64,000 nt of DNA from Gemmatimonadota bacterium. GTDB lineage: Bacteria > Gemmatimonadota > Gemmatimonadetes > Longimicrobiales > Longimicrobiaceae. Below are positions 37,531 through 47,050 of the stretch, piece after piece. Each line of letters opens with the position of its first letter. Position 1 is the first letter of the stretch. The notes below the pieces were generated by a model. The model did no database searches, was not told the DNA's origin, and was given only the letters and a program-made list of their open reading frames with translations. The DNA lies in NCBI GenBank assembly GCA_013820915.1, contig JACDHR010000001.1:8641-72640 (forward strand), given 5' to 3'. Position numbers and translations under genes: made by a program.

Positions 37531-40422
37531 TTACGGGGAGCCGCTACGGTCAGTAGCATCCAGCAACAATCGATAGCGCGACGCTTGTTCAGCATTGCCA
37601 AGCTTAGTGTAGAGGTCCACGAGGCCCTCCAGCGTTGCCTTCCCGGCTTCTCGCATCTGCGCCGTCATCTCCGCTTTTTGCAGCGTTTCATGCACCGCGA
37701 GCAGGTGTTCTTCCGCCTCGGCCGTACGGTCGAGGCGGGTCAGGGAATGAGCCAGATTGGAGCGGGCTCTCAACGTCCAGGCGTGATCCGCGCCAAGCGA
37801 CGCTTCGTAGATGCCGACCTGCCGCCGGCTCCACGACTCCGCGGCGCCAGGCTGGCCGCTCGCACGGAAAAATCCCGCGAGGGTGCCGATTGAATGACCG
37901 ATGCGCCAATGATTCTCCGGAAAATGCGCCCGGTGCAACTCGACCTCTTGGAGGAGCAACGCCTCCGCCTCCGCAAGCTTTCCCTGCAGCTCCAGCACGC
38001 TCGCCAGGTTCCCCGCAACTACCTGTCCGGATCGGTGGGCAGGGCCGAGTCCCTGCCGGGTCCCGATCAGCGACTCGCGATAGAGGCGTTCCGCCTCCGG
38101 ATACTCCTCCTTCATCCGCAACAGATAGGCCAGGTCGTTCCGCACGCCCGCTAGATCTGTCGCGGTCGCATCCGGAACGACGGACGCAGCTGTCAGCAGC
38201 TCCCGGTAGAGGCGCTCAGCGTCGTCCCAGCGGTCGAGAGAGCGAAGCACCCGGGCGAGAGTGGCCTTTGCCCTCCACACCCTGATGTGGTTTTCGGGAA
38301 CGCGGGCGCGGTACACCTCGAGCGCTTCCCGAAGCGTAGACTCGGCCCGTTCCGTATTGCCGTTCTCACGATGCGCCGCGGCCAGCTCCGTCAGCACGCC
38401 CGCAAGCACCAGCGGATCTCCCGTCTGCTGCTGCCGGAGGATACTAACGGCCTCTTCCAGATGAACTTCTGCTTCGCGGAAGCCACGCCGCCCCAGGTAA
38501 ATCCTTCCGAGCCGTGCGAGATTGGCCGCGACGATCGCGTGGTCAGAGCCGTGGAGACGGCGGCTCGTAGCGATCACCCCGCCGAGCAGGTCCCGCGCCT
38601 CATCGCGCATCCCCAGATCGTTCTGCACCTCGCCAATTGTCCAGAGCAGCTCAACGGCGATCTCCGGCTGATCCGCGAGCTCCGCACGCACGCGCTCAGC
38701 CCCACGGACCAGCAGTGTACGCGCCGATACCGTATCCCCACGTGCCTCGCTTCCCGGCTGCGCCGCGCGGAACAAGCTCGCTAGAAACGTCGTCGCCTGC
38801 TCCGCTCTTCCAGTCTGAATGAGGGCATCCCGAAGTGCGGTCTCAGCGCGGTTCCGCTCTGCCTCGGTCCCGGCCCGCGCGCTCTCGGCGGATTGCTGAG
38901 CGTCCCGCGCACGTCCGGCTTCTAACTCGGCACGCTCGAACTCCGAGCGAGCACGATTGCGCTCACCCTCGGCAACGGCTTGCGCCGCTTCGGCTCGGGA
39001 GCGTTCTGATTCCGCCCCGTCCCGCTCGCTCTCCGCTCGCGCCCGCTCCTGCCGTGCGACATTGCGCTCGGCCTCGAGACGATCGGCATGCGCCTGCAGC
39101 GTGCCCGTGTATGCACCCGCAGACAGGAGCACCACAAGTCCGGCTGCGACCACCCCCGGCCTTCGCCCCACGAATTTTTGGGCCCGGTATAGCCGGGTGT
39201 CCGGGCGTGCGGCCACCGGCCGGCCGCTCAGGTACCGCTCGACGTCGTCCGCGAGCGCGCCCGCGGAAGCGTAGCGCCGCTCCGGCTCCTTTTGCACCGC
39301 CCTGAGGAGGATGGTGTCCAGGTCGCCCCGGAGCCGGGCACGAAGCCGTCGCGCATCGGTACGTCGCAGGCGGGCGAGTTCTTCCGGCGCGACCTCACCA
39401 CGCGCCTCAGCCCCCGGCTCACGGACCAGCGCCACGCTGGAGGGCATCGGCTCCTGCTCGCGGAACGCCCGCTCGATTTCGGCCGGCGCACGCCCGCGCA
39501 GCCGGTACGGCCGCCGTCCGGCGAGCAGCCGGTAGAGCAGCATGCCGAGCTGGTACGCGTCGCTCGCCGTGGTCACCGGCTCGCCACGCACCTGCTCGGG
39601 ACTGGCGTACTCCGGCGTCATCAGCCGCAACCCGGGCCGTGTGTGCGGGCTGCGGTCCGGGCCGAGCGAGTCGTCGAGCAGCTTGGCGATCCCGAAGTCG
39701 AGCAGCTTCGGCGTGCCGTCCTCGGTCACCAGGATGTTCGAGGGCTTGATGTCGCGGTGGACGATCAGGTTGAGGTGCGCGTGCTGCACGGCGCGCGCGA
39801 CCTGCATGAAGAGCCGCAGACGCTCCTCGATCGTGCAGCGGCGCGCATCGCAGTACTCGGTGATCGGCCACCCCTCGACCAGCTCCATGACGAGGTAAGG
39901 ACGGCCCTCCCCAGTGGCGCCGCCGTCGAAGAGACGTGCGATGTGGGGGTGGTTCAGCGAGGCGAGGATCTGCCGCTCGGCGCGGAAGCGCGCCAGGATG
40001 TCGTCCGTATCCAGCCCGCGACGCAGCAGCTTGATGGCAACCCGCTGCTCGAACTCGCCGTCCACCCGCTCGGCCAGGTACACCGTGCCGCTGCCGCCGC
40101 GGCCGAGCTCCCGCACCAGCCGGTACGAGCCGATCCGGCCCCCCTCCGGCAGCACACCCTCGCCGCCCTCATCAGCCTCGGCCTCGATCACCGCGGCGAG
40201 GTCGCCGAGCGTTGGGCCGAAGGGCGTCTGGCCACCCGACTCGAGGAACCCGTCCGCCGCCTCGCTCGCCGTCAGCAGCGACTCGACGGCGGAGCGCAGC
40301 TCCGGATCACCCTCGCAGCAGGCGGCGAGATAGCCCGTCCGCTCTGCCGCGGGTACATCCAGCAGCGCGCAGAAAACGGCGTCGACCTCACTCCAGCGGT
40401 TCAGCAGGGGGCTACGCTCCAC
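37531..40422 (-). CDS. Ser/Thr protein kinase with TM segment, coiled coil and C-terminal TPR repeats (module 1)
   Basis: GTG at 40422 is preceded by GGAAGGAG. Kinase motifs GRGGSGTVY, VAIKLL, HRDIKPSNIL and DFGIAK. A long TPR-like C-terminal region. Confidence 0.9.
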   Translation of the reverse strand: MERSPLLNRWSEVDAVFCALLDVPAAERTGYLAACCEGDPELRSAVESLLTASEAADGFLESGGQTPFGPTLGDLAAVIEAEADEGGEGVLPEGGRIGSYRLVRELGRGGSGTVYLAERVDGEFEQRVAIKLLRRGLDTDDILARFRAERQILASLNHPHIARLFDGGATGEGRPYLVMELVEGWPITEYCDARRCTIEERLRLFMQVARAVQHAHLNLIVHRDIKPSNILVTEDGTPKLLDFGIAKLLDDSLGPDRSPHTRPGLRLMTPEYASPEQVRGEPVTTASDAYQLGMLLYRLLAGRRPYRLRGRAPAEIERAFREQEPMPSSVALVREPGAEARGEVAPEELARLRRTDARRLRARLRGDLDTILLRAVQKEPERRYASAGALADDVERYLSGRPVAARPDTRLYRAQKFVGRRPGVVAAGLVVLLSAGAYTGTLQAHADRLEAERNVARQERARAESERDGAESERSRAEAAQAVAEGERNRARSEFERAELEAGRARDAQQSAESARAGTEAERNRAETALRDALIQTGRAEQATTFLASLFRAAQPGSEARGDTVSARTLLVRGAERVRAELADQPEIAVELLWTIGEVQNDLGMRDEARDLLGGVIATSRRLHGSDHAIVAANLARLGRIYLGRRGFREAEVHLEEAVSILRQQQTGDPLVLAGVLTELAAAHRENGNTERAESTLREALEVYRARVPENHIRVWRAKATLARVLRSLDRWDDAERLYRELLTAASVVPDATATDLAGVRNDLAYLLRMKEEYPEAERLYRESLIGTRQGLGPAHRSGQVVAGNLASVLELQGKLAEAEALLLQEVELHRAHFPENHWRIGHSIGTLAGFFRASGQPGAAESWSRRQVGIYEASLGADHAWTLRARSNLAHSLTRLDRTAEAEEHLLAVHETLQKAEMTAQMREAGKATLEGLVDLYTKLGNAEQASRYRLLLDATDRSGSP

Positions 40423-40439
40423 GGTCGGCTCCTTCCCGT

Positions 40440-41051
40440 TCAGGTCCTGGCGGCGTCGGGGTGCAGCAAGTGGTAGAGGTACGTCTTCGCCCGCACCCAG
40501 TCGCGTTCCACGGTGCGCGTGGATAAGTCGAGCGCGGCCGCCGTCTCCGCCGCGGTCATCCCGCCGAAGAAGCGGCACTCCACGACCTTCTCCAGCCGCG
40601 GATCATGCTCGGCGAGCCGGCTTAGCGCTTCGTTCAGCGCCAGCAGCTCGGTCGTCTGCTCCTCCCTCGCACCCATCCCCGTGTGCAGCGTCACGTGGGC
40701 TCCCTCGCCACCCCGCTTCCCCGCGGCGCGCCGGCGCGCGTAATCGACCAGGATGCGGCGCATCGCCGTAGAAGCGATGGCGAAAAACTGCGCCCGATTC
40801 CGCCATTCCTCTCCCTGGCGCGGCGAGAGCTTGACGTACGCTTCGTGGACGAGTGCGGTGGTGTTCAGCGTGTGGTCGTCCCGCTCGTTGCGCAGATGGT
40901 TTCGCGCGATCTGGTGCAGGTCGCGGTAGATCAGCGAGAAAAGCTCGTCGAACGCGCCCGCCTCACCGTCCGCGTGCGCCGCAAGCAGCCGCTCGAGTTG
41001 CGCGGGGTTGTCGTGATGTGCTGCAAAGCCGTCTCCGCGGTGAACCGGCAT
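40440..41051 (-). CDS. ECF-type sigma-70 family factor, kinase-associated type (module 1)
   Basis: ATG at 41051. Region 2 (LVHEAYVKL) and region 4 (ECRFFGGMTAAETAAALDLSTRTVERDW). Stops 17 nt before the kinase start. Confidence 0.9.
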   Translation of the reverse strand: MPVHRGDGFAAHHDNPAQLERLLAAHADGEAGAFDELFSLIYRDLHQIARNHLRNERDDHTLNTTALVHEAYVKLSPRQGEEWRNRAQFFAIASTAMRRILVDYARRRAAGKRGGEGAHVTLHTGMGAREEQTTELLALNEALSRLAEHDPRLEKVVECRFFGGMTAAETAAALDLSTRTVERDWVRAKTYLYHLLHPDAART

Positions 41052-41581
41052 GGGCAGGCAGAATGGTCGGGACTGTGAGGTGGCAGGGCGGGCTTCGCCG
41101 CCGCCCGCATCCAGCGGAACGCTGCCGGGGATGAGGTACGGCACGCACGGTGGCGGGATTCGCCAAGGTTTTGCGTCTTACCTTAGTACGTGGGTGCGCA
41201 TCTGACCGCCACCGGGTAGCATCTAAATTTAACTCCGATGTGTCCGGCCCCGCAAGCACAAGGCGGCCGCCGGGGGAAGTTTATGGCTTCGGGCGCTGGC
41301 GGTGCGCGGTCAGTCGGCATCTCACACCGGGCGCTCGCGGGCCGCCGATGAATGTCCGTGACGGGCAACCGCGCAAAAAAACGCCTTACAGCGTGGATGG
41401 ATGATGCGGGTTGCCGCGGCGACGTTGATTCCGTGCACCACCCCAATGTTCCCTCCGAAAGGGCACCCCGGCCGCGAGGCCGGTCCGCAACGTCACGGGT
41501 CTCGAATGAGATGGCCGGGCTGCCGAAGAGAGTTTCCGCCGGCACTGGTGCCGGCAATACCCCTACTCAAGGAGGCAAATC

Positions 41582-43300
41582 ATGACACGCTCGTGCCCGC
41601 GCCGTTCTCCCCCTGGCCCTTGGCGGAGATCCTGGTCGGCATTGCTGCTGGCTCCGCTACTCGCCGGACTGCTGGTCAGCTGCGCCGACAAACCAACGGA
41701 GCCGATAAATCCGGCGGACACCCCCTCCGCTCACGGCGACGGTCACCACAGCCACGGCCGGTACTCGCACATCACCTGGGTACCGCGGCCGGACATCGGC
41801 AGTTTCGCCGTGGAGTTCACCTATCAGGCCGCGTTCCGTCGGGGCTACAGCACGTGCTATACATGGACGGGGAGTTCGTTCGCAACCACCCCATGCACGG
41901 GCCCGAACGGCCGCGCGGGTACGGGTGACATCATCCTGGAAACGATCGCCCCCCTAGGCTCGCCACTGCGCTTTGGCGACGGCCAGGAGACCGGCCGGCT
42001 CCACTTCCTGGTGACCTCGATGAACCCGTCGCCGGTCGCGGCGCAGGACTGGATCTTCGTCGTCGCGCTCGACCCGAACACCGGCACGCCGAACATCATC
42101 CACTCGTATTCCACCAACGGACCGTTCGTGGCGAACAACTACGATTGCTGCCGCATCAGCGGGTTGCGCAACGTCGGAGACACATACGGCGTCCAAACGA
42201 TCGTGACCCCGGGCACCGGCAACCGGTCGCCCGTCTCGAACCTGCCGCCGATCCGCAACGTGGTGCGCGGCGGCGTGCAGACCTGGGGCGTGCCCGCCAA
42301 TGACGCCGACGGCGATCCGCTCCGCTGGTCGCTGACAAGCGTGGCGGCAACCGGACTCTTTGGCGCTCAGCCAGCCCTGATGAGCATCGACCCGGGTACC
42401 GGCGTGGTAAGCTGGAATACGGACGGAAGAGACCTGGGACTGTACTGGTCGAACATCACGATCGAGGAGCTGAACCCGGACGGGAGTGTCAAGGGTTTCG
42501 TTGGGGTAGACTACCTGATCAACCTGGTGGAGACCACTCCCGGCAACACCCCGCCTCTTTTCACTTCACCCACGTTCTGCAGTGGATCGGTTTCCACGAC
42601 CGTGAACCAGCCACTCAGCTTCACCGTGGCCGCTTCGGATCCGGACGCGGGTGACGTGGTTACGCTGGTCGGCTCGGGGATTCCCGCCGGCGCAACCTTC
42701 TCGCCGGGGCCGGCCGCGAACCCGGCGAGCACGCAGTTCAGTTGGACGCCTCCAACCACCGGGCCGCGCCTCGTTACGTTTACCGCCACGGATCCGGCGG
42801 GAGCGCAGACGCTGTGCCCCATCACCATCCAGGTGCGGGAGCCGGATCCCGACCCGGATACGCTGACGGTCAACGTCCGGATCAACCCGGCCACCATCAA
42901 TCTCGCCACCAAGCGCGACGAGGGCCTGCTGCTCGTCTCCATTCTCAGCACGGGTGATTTCGACGCGGGTAGCGTGAACGCCGCCGGACTGACGCTGGGG
43001 GACGGGCAGGGTAACGACCTCCCCATCAGCACCGACGCGAACGGACGGACGCTCTCGATGATGCGCGACGTGAACGGTGACGGCCGCCCGGACCTGGTGG
43101 TCGGCTTCTGCGTCTGCGCGCTGGTGGACGCGGACGCGCTCGGCTTGGCAACCACGGAGTTGGTACTGCTCGGCAGCCTGAGGGACGGCAAGCGGATCCG
43201 CGGCACTGCAACGGTGCGGGTGATCGATGAAGCGCCGGTGCCGGGCTCGACCGCCGCCCTAGTGCCTATGCGGATGAACGACTTCTGGAAGCTGCGGTGA
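41582..43300 (+). CDS. exported lipoprotein with putative Ig/cadherin-like domains and a C-terminal FG-GAP/dockerin-like segment
   Basis: RBS AAGGAGG. Lipobox LLVSC. DADGDPLRWSL...IDPGTGVVSW and ASDPDAGDVVTL...FSWTP motifs. DVNGDGRPDLVVGF near the C-terminus. Confidence 0.7.
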   Translation: MTRSCPRRSPPGPWRRSWSALLLAPLLAGLLVSCADKPTEPINPADTPSAHGDGHHSHGRYSHITWVPRPDIGSFAVEFTYQAAFRRGYSTCYTWTGSSFATTPCTGPNGRAGTGDIILETIAPLGSPLRFGDGQETGRLHFLVTSMNPSPVAAQDWIFVVALDPNTGTPNIIHSYSTNGPFVANNYDCCRISGLRNVGDTYGVQTIVTPGTGNRSPVSNLPPIRNVVRGGVQTWGVPANDADGDPLRWSLTSVAATGLFGAQPALMSIDPGTGVVSWNTDGRDLGLYWSNITIEELNPDGSVKGFVGVDYLINLVETTPGNTPPLFTSPTFCSGSVSTTVNQPLSFTVAASDPDAGDVVTLVGSGIPAGATFSPGPAANPASTQFSWTPPTTGPRLVTFTATDPAGAQTLCPITIQVREPDPDPDTLTVNVRINPATINLATKRDEGLLLVSILSTGDFDAGSVNAAGLTLGDGQGNDLPISTDANGRTLSMMRDVNGDGRPDLVVGFCVCALVDADALGLATTELVLLGSLRDGKRIRGTATVRVIDEAPVPGSTAALVPMRMNDFWKLR

Positions 43301-43370
43301 GTTAGACCGGCTGCTTCGCACGCACCATCCTTCAACCCGTCTCCTTCCCAGGAGGCGGCGCCGGGGGCGG

Positions 43371-43409
43371 GGTCCGGAAGATACGGACTTCGCCCCCGGA
43401 TGGTTTTGG
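43371..43409 (+). terminator. hairpin plus T-run after the Ig-like lipoprotein gene
   Basis: ccgggggcg-gg-gtccg-gaagata-cggac-tt-cgcccccgg, followed by atggtttt. Confidence 0.6.
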
Positions 43410-43500
43410 GTAGAACCCTGTCCGCGGCGCGGCCACGCGGCATGTGCCTGCGCCGCTTTCAGATCCCCCGCGGCACGGAGCGCCCCGGCCACGCTCGCCA

Positions 43501-46116
43501 TCACCGAGCCATATGCATTTCCAGCTCAGCCCGATAGCGGTCCGCGTCTCCCGTTCTGCCCCACGCGTCGTATAGCTCCACGAGCGCTTCAAGCACGAAC
43601 TGTGTTCCCGGAGGACCGCCCGCGGAACGGGCGCGGCGATCGATGCCGAGCAGCACACGTTCGGCATCGCCAAACCTTCCGTGCAGGAACATCGAAGTGG
43701 CCAGGTGCGAGCTAGTTTTCAGTATGCGAATGTCCTCCGGACCCAGTTGCATCGTCCGGAACCGCTCGAGTGACTCGACGAGTAACGGCTCGGCCTCGGC
43801 ACCTCTGCCGAGAGTGTTCAAGATTCCGCCGAGGTGGGAAAGCGGGTAGGCTTTGGACGAGGAGTTCGGGTCCACCTGGTCGTAGAGAGCGATGGTTTCA
43901 CGGAAGATCGGCTCCGCGAGGTCCAGTTCGCCACGGTCCCGGTGGACGGCGGCGAGGTTGCTGAGCATTCCAAGGGCCTGCGGGTGTCGCTTCTGGACGA
44001 GTTTGTCCATGATCTCGACGGCGCGGCGCAGTAGCCGGACGCTCTCCTCCGAGTCGTCCGGTTCGACTGCGAGCGCGAGGTCGCTCAGGCTCCCCGCCAC
44101 CTCGATGCTCTCCTCGCCGAGCAGTGCTATGCGCAGCTCGAGCGCCTCGCGCATACGGTCCGGTCCACTCTCGCCGTCGAGCAACAAGGGATTGGCTTCG
44201 GAGCCATACGCAGAGATGACGAGCACGTGCGCCAGGTTCTCGCGCACATCGTCCGTCGATTCGCGGAAGATCCGGATAGCGCGCCGGTACATCGCCCTCA
44301 CCTCTTCGTTCGGAACGACGCCGCGGAAGCTGAGGGAATGGCCATAGTCTGTCAGGATTCGCCCGACGACCTGGTGGGATGGACCCGCGTGGCGTTCGGC
44401 CAGCGTGAGCGCTTCGCGATACAGGGAGTCGCTGCGCGCGGGATCGCTCCGTTGGAGCAGGAATGCGATCGCTCTCAGGTCGTCCGCATGGTCGGCGGCG
44501 TGCTCCGTTGCGACCAGGCGGCGCGCGGATACAGCATCCGTGTACAGCGCGAGCGCGCGCTCGTTCACCCCGTACTCCTGGTACACTCTCGCGATAGCCG
44601 AGAGCAGCGACGCCCTGACCGGCGGCTGCTCCACGAGGCGGACCTCGAGCCGACGAGCGGCTTCATCGAGCAACTCACGGGCGGTCACCATCCCGCCCTT
44701 GGTGACGTTGGGGCCCGAAAACGTGAAAACCTCCCGCATGAAGCCGGCGACCTGGCGAGCCTTTTCCGCCTCGACCCGCGCGCGGTCGCGCTCCCGCTCC
44801 AACGCCTGCGCGTGTAGTTGCAGGGTAGCCGAGTAGCCGATTCCGGCCAGAGAGATCAGCATCCCCGCCGCCACCGTGCCCGGGCGCCGTCTGATCAGCT
44901 TTTTCGCGCGGTAGCCCCACGTAGCGGGTCGGGCGGCAACCGGCCGGCGATCGAGGTGCCGCTCCACATCCTCGGCCAGATCCGCCGCGGACGCGTAGCG
45001 CTGTTCCGGCTCGCTCCGCAGGGCCTTGGCGACGATGGTATCGATGTCGCCGGAGAGCCGCGCGCGTAAGCGGCGGGGGTCGGTCCCGCGGCGGGTTGCG
45101 ATCACCGCCACGATGTCGCCGCCGGGCCCCGCCTCTCCCGCCTCTCCCCTCCGTCGAAGCGCCTGACTGGGGCGCTCCGGATCCTGCTCGCGGACCGCCG
45201 TCTCGAACGCCTGCGGGGAGCGGCTCTCGATCCGGTACGGCCGCCGTCCGCTCACCAACTCATAGAGCAGCAGCCCGAGCTGGTACACGTCCACGGCGGT
45301 GGTGATCGGGTCGCCGCGCACCTGCTCGGGGCTCGCGTAGGCCGGCGTCATCGGGCGGAGGCCGGTCCGCGTCAGCGGCGTGTCGCGGAGCGCCGGATCG
45401 GCGTGCAGCAGCTTGGCGATGCCGAAGTCCAGGAGCTTGGGCGTTCCGTCGCCGGTCACCAGGATGTTGGACGGCTTGATGTCGCGATGGACGATCAGTT
45501 TGCGGTGAGCGTGCTGGACCGCGCGGCAGACGGTAGCGAACAGGCGGAGACGCTCGCCGATACCGAGACGCCGCGAGTCGCAGTATTCTGTGATGGGCTC
45601 ACCCTCGACGAGTTCCATGATGAGGTACGGCCGGCCGTCGTCAGTCGCTCCGCCGTCGTAGAGGCGTGCGATGTTCGGATGGCTGAGCGACGCGAGGATT
45701 CGCCGCTCCGCGCGGAAACGCTCGAGCACATCCGCCGTGTCCAGCCCGCGACGCAGGATCTTGACGGCCAGCCGCTGCTCGAAGTCTCCACCTACGCGCT
45801 CCGCCGCGTACACGGTGCCGGTGCCGCCGCGTCCGATCGGTGCGAGGAGCCGATAGGCGCCGACTCGCCTGCCGACGTCCTCCGCGTCGCAATCGAGTTC
45901 ATCAGCGAGGGTGACGAGGAGGGCGGGGTCTTCGAGGAAATCCGGAGCGGTCTCGACTGAAGCCACCAACTCGGACGCGAGCCGAAGAAGATCCTCATCG
46001 CCGCCGCACGCCTCCCGCAAAAAGGCAGCGCGGGCGCTCGGTGCGCGGTCCAGCGCGGCGTCGAAAAGCGCGTTGACCTCGCGCCACCGATCCAGCACCA
46101 CCTTTCCCGTGGTCAT
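43501..46116 (-). CDS. Ser/Thr protein kinase with TM segment and C-terminal TPR repeats (module 2)
   Basis: ATG at 46116 (MTTGKVVLDRWREV...). GRGGTGTVY, LAVKIL, HRDIKPSNIL and DFGIAK motifs. Paralog of 37531..40422. Confidence 0.9.
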   Translation of the reverse strand: MTTGKVVLDRWREVNALFDAALDRAPSARAAFLREACGGDEDLLRLASELVASVETAPDFLEDPALLVTLADELDCDAEDVGRRVGAYRLLAPIGRGGTGTVYAAERVGGDFEQRLAVKILRRGLDTADVLERFRAERRILASLSHPNIARLYDGGATDDGRPYLIMELVEGEPITEYCDSRRLGIGERLRLFATVCRAVQHAHRKLIVHRDIKPSNILVTGDGTPKLLDFGIAKLLHADPALRDTPLTRTGLRPMTPAYASPEQVRGDPITTAVDVYQLGLLLYELVSGRRPYRIESRSPQAFETAVREQDPERPSQALRRRGEAGEAGPGGDIVAVIATRRGTDPRRLRARLSGDIDTIVAKALRSEPEQRYASAADLAEDVERHLDRRPVAARPATWGYRAKKLIRRRPGTVAAGMLISLAGIGYSATLQLHAQALERERDRARVEAEKARQVAGFMREVFTFSGPNVTKGGMVTARELLDEAARRLEVRLVEQPPVRASLLSAIARVYQEYGVNERALALYTDAVSARRLVATEHAADHADDLRAIAFLLQRSDPARSDSLYREALTLAERHAGPSHQVVGRILTDYGHSLSFRGVVPNEEVRAMYRRAIRIFRESTDDVRENLAHVLVISAYGSEANPLLLDGESGPDRMREALELRIALLGEESIEVAGSLSDLALAVEPDDSEESVRLLRRAVEIMDKLVQKRHPQALGMLSNLAAVHRDRGELDLAEPIFRETIALYDQVDPNSSSKAYPLSHLGGILNTLGRGAEAEPLLVESLERFRTMQLGPEDIRILKTSSHLATSMFLHGRFGDAERVLLGIDRRARSAGGPPGTQFVLEALVELYDAWGRTGDADRYRAELEMHMAR

Positions 46117-46181
46117 GCGCACAGCCTCGCGAAGCGTTGGTTGCGGGGGCCGGTCGAAGGGCGATCCCTCCGAGTGTACGG

Positions 46182-46766
46182 CTAATCCGCCTGAGGGCCG
46201 TCCCGCAGCAGGTGGTAGAGATACGCCTTGGCGCGCGTCCAGTCTCGCTCCACCGTACTGGACGAGACACCCAGCACTTCCGCCGTTTCCCCGGTACTCA
46301 GCCCGCCGAAGAAGCGGCACTCCACCACCCGCTCCAGGCGCGGATCGTGGCTGGCGAGCTGCGAAAGCGCCTCGTCGAGTTCGATCAGATCGACCGACTG
46401 CTGCTCGGACGCGACCGACCCGGGTTGCAGCGTCACGTGGATCACTTCGCCACCGCGCTTCCGGGTGCCACGTCCGCGGGCATGGTCGATCAGCACGTGG
46501 CGCATCGCCTTGGATACGAAGGCGCGAAACCGCACCGGTTCCCTCCATTCGATCTCCGGACGCTCCGAAAGTTTCAAATAGGCTTCGTGCACGAGCGCGG
46601 TGGTGACGAGCGTGTGGCCGGCTCGCTCACGCCGAAGATGCCGCCGCGCGATCTCGCGCAGCTCGTCGTAGAAAAGCGCGAAGAGCCGGTCGAACTCACC
46701 CGGGCTCAGGTCCGGGGAGGCCGCGGCCGCTGCACGCTCACCCGCGTTGTTCGGCACCACGGACAT
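46182..46766 (-). CDS. ECF-type sigma-70 family factor, kinase-associated type (module 2)
   Basis: ATG at 46766. LVHEAYLKL and ECRFFGGLSTGETAEVLGVSSSTVERDW. Paralog of 40440..41051. Confidence 0.9.
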   Translation of the reverse strand: MSVVPNNAGERAAAAASPDLSPGEFDRLFALFYDELREIARRHLRRERAGHTLVTTALVHEAYLKLSERPEIEWREPVRFRAFVSKAMRHVLIDHARGRGTRKRGGEVIHVTLQPGSVASEQQSVDLIELDEALSQLASHDPRLERVVECRFFGGLSTGETAEVLGVSSSTVERDWTRAKAYLYHLLRDGPQAD

Positions 46767-47050
46767 ACGGAGACTCCATCGAGAACGGTGGGGGGGGAGA
46801 CGCCGCGAGGCCGCGGCTGTCGAGGTGTGGGTGGTGATGGGATCGCCACGGTTTTCCCGCCTTCCAAATCGGAACCCACGCTCCGGCGGTTCCAGCGGCG
46901 TGACCCGCATTTCAGTCAAAATAATGCTACACTCTCGGGATCGCCAGAAACCGCGAATCCACTCGCATGACGGTCGCGAGCCGGAATTCCCGCCTTGTAG
47001 AATAAGTGTCGGTACGCAGCCCCCGTTTCCGTAACCGCAGGAGGATCGAG

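Noticed and set aside
37531-40578. Both kinase ORFs are listed as exactly 1015 aa, which might suggest a recent exact duplication
   Set aside because: This is a coincidence of upstream open frame. The supported starts (40422 and 46116) give 963 and 871 aa, and the sequences are clearly diverged.
41110-41140. ECF-type promoter motifs (GGAAC ... CGT) in the two divergent spacers (also about 46868..46900)
   Set aside because: GGAAC occurs in both spacers. I could not find a consistently spaced -10 element or a shared extended motif. This is not supportable without comparative data.
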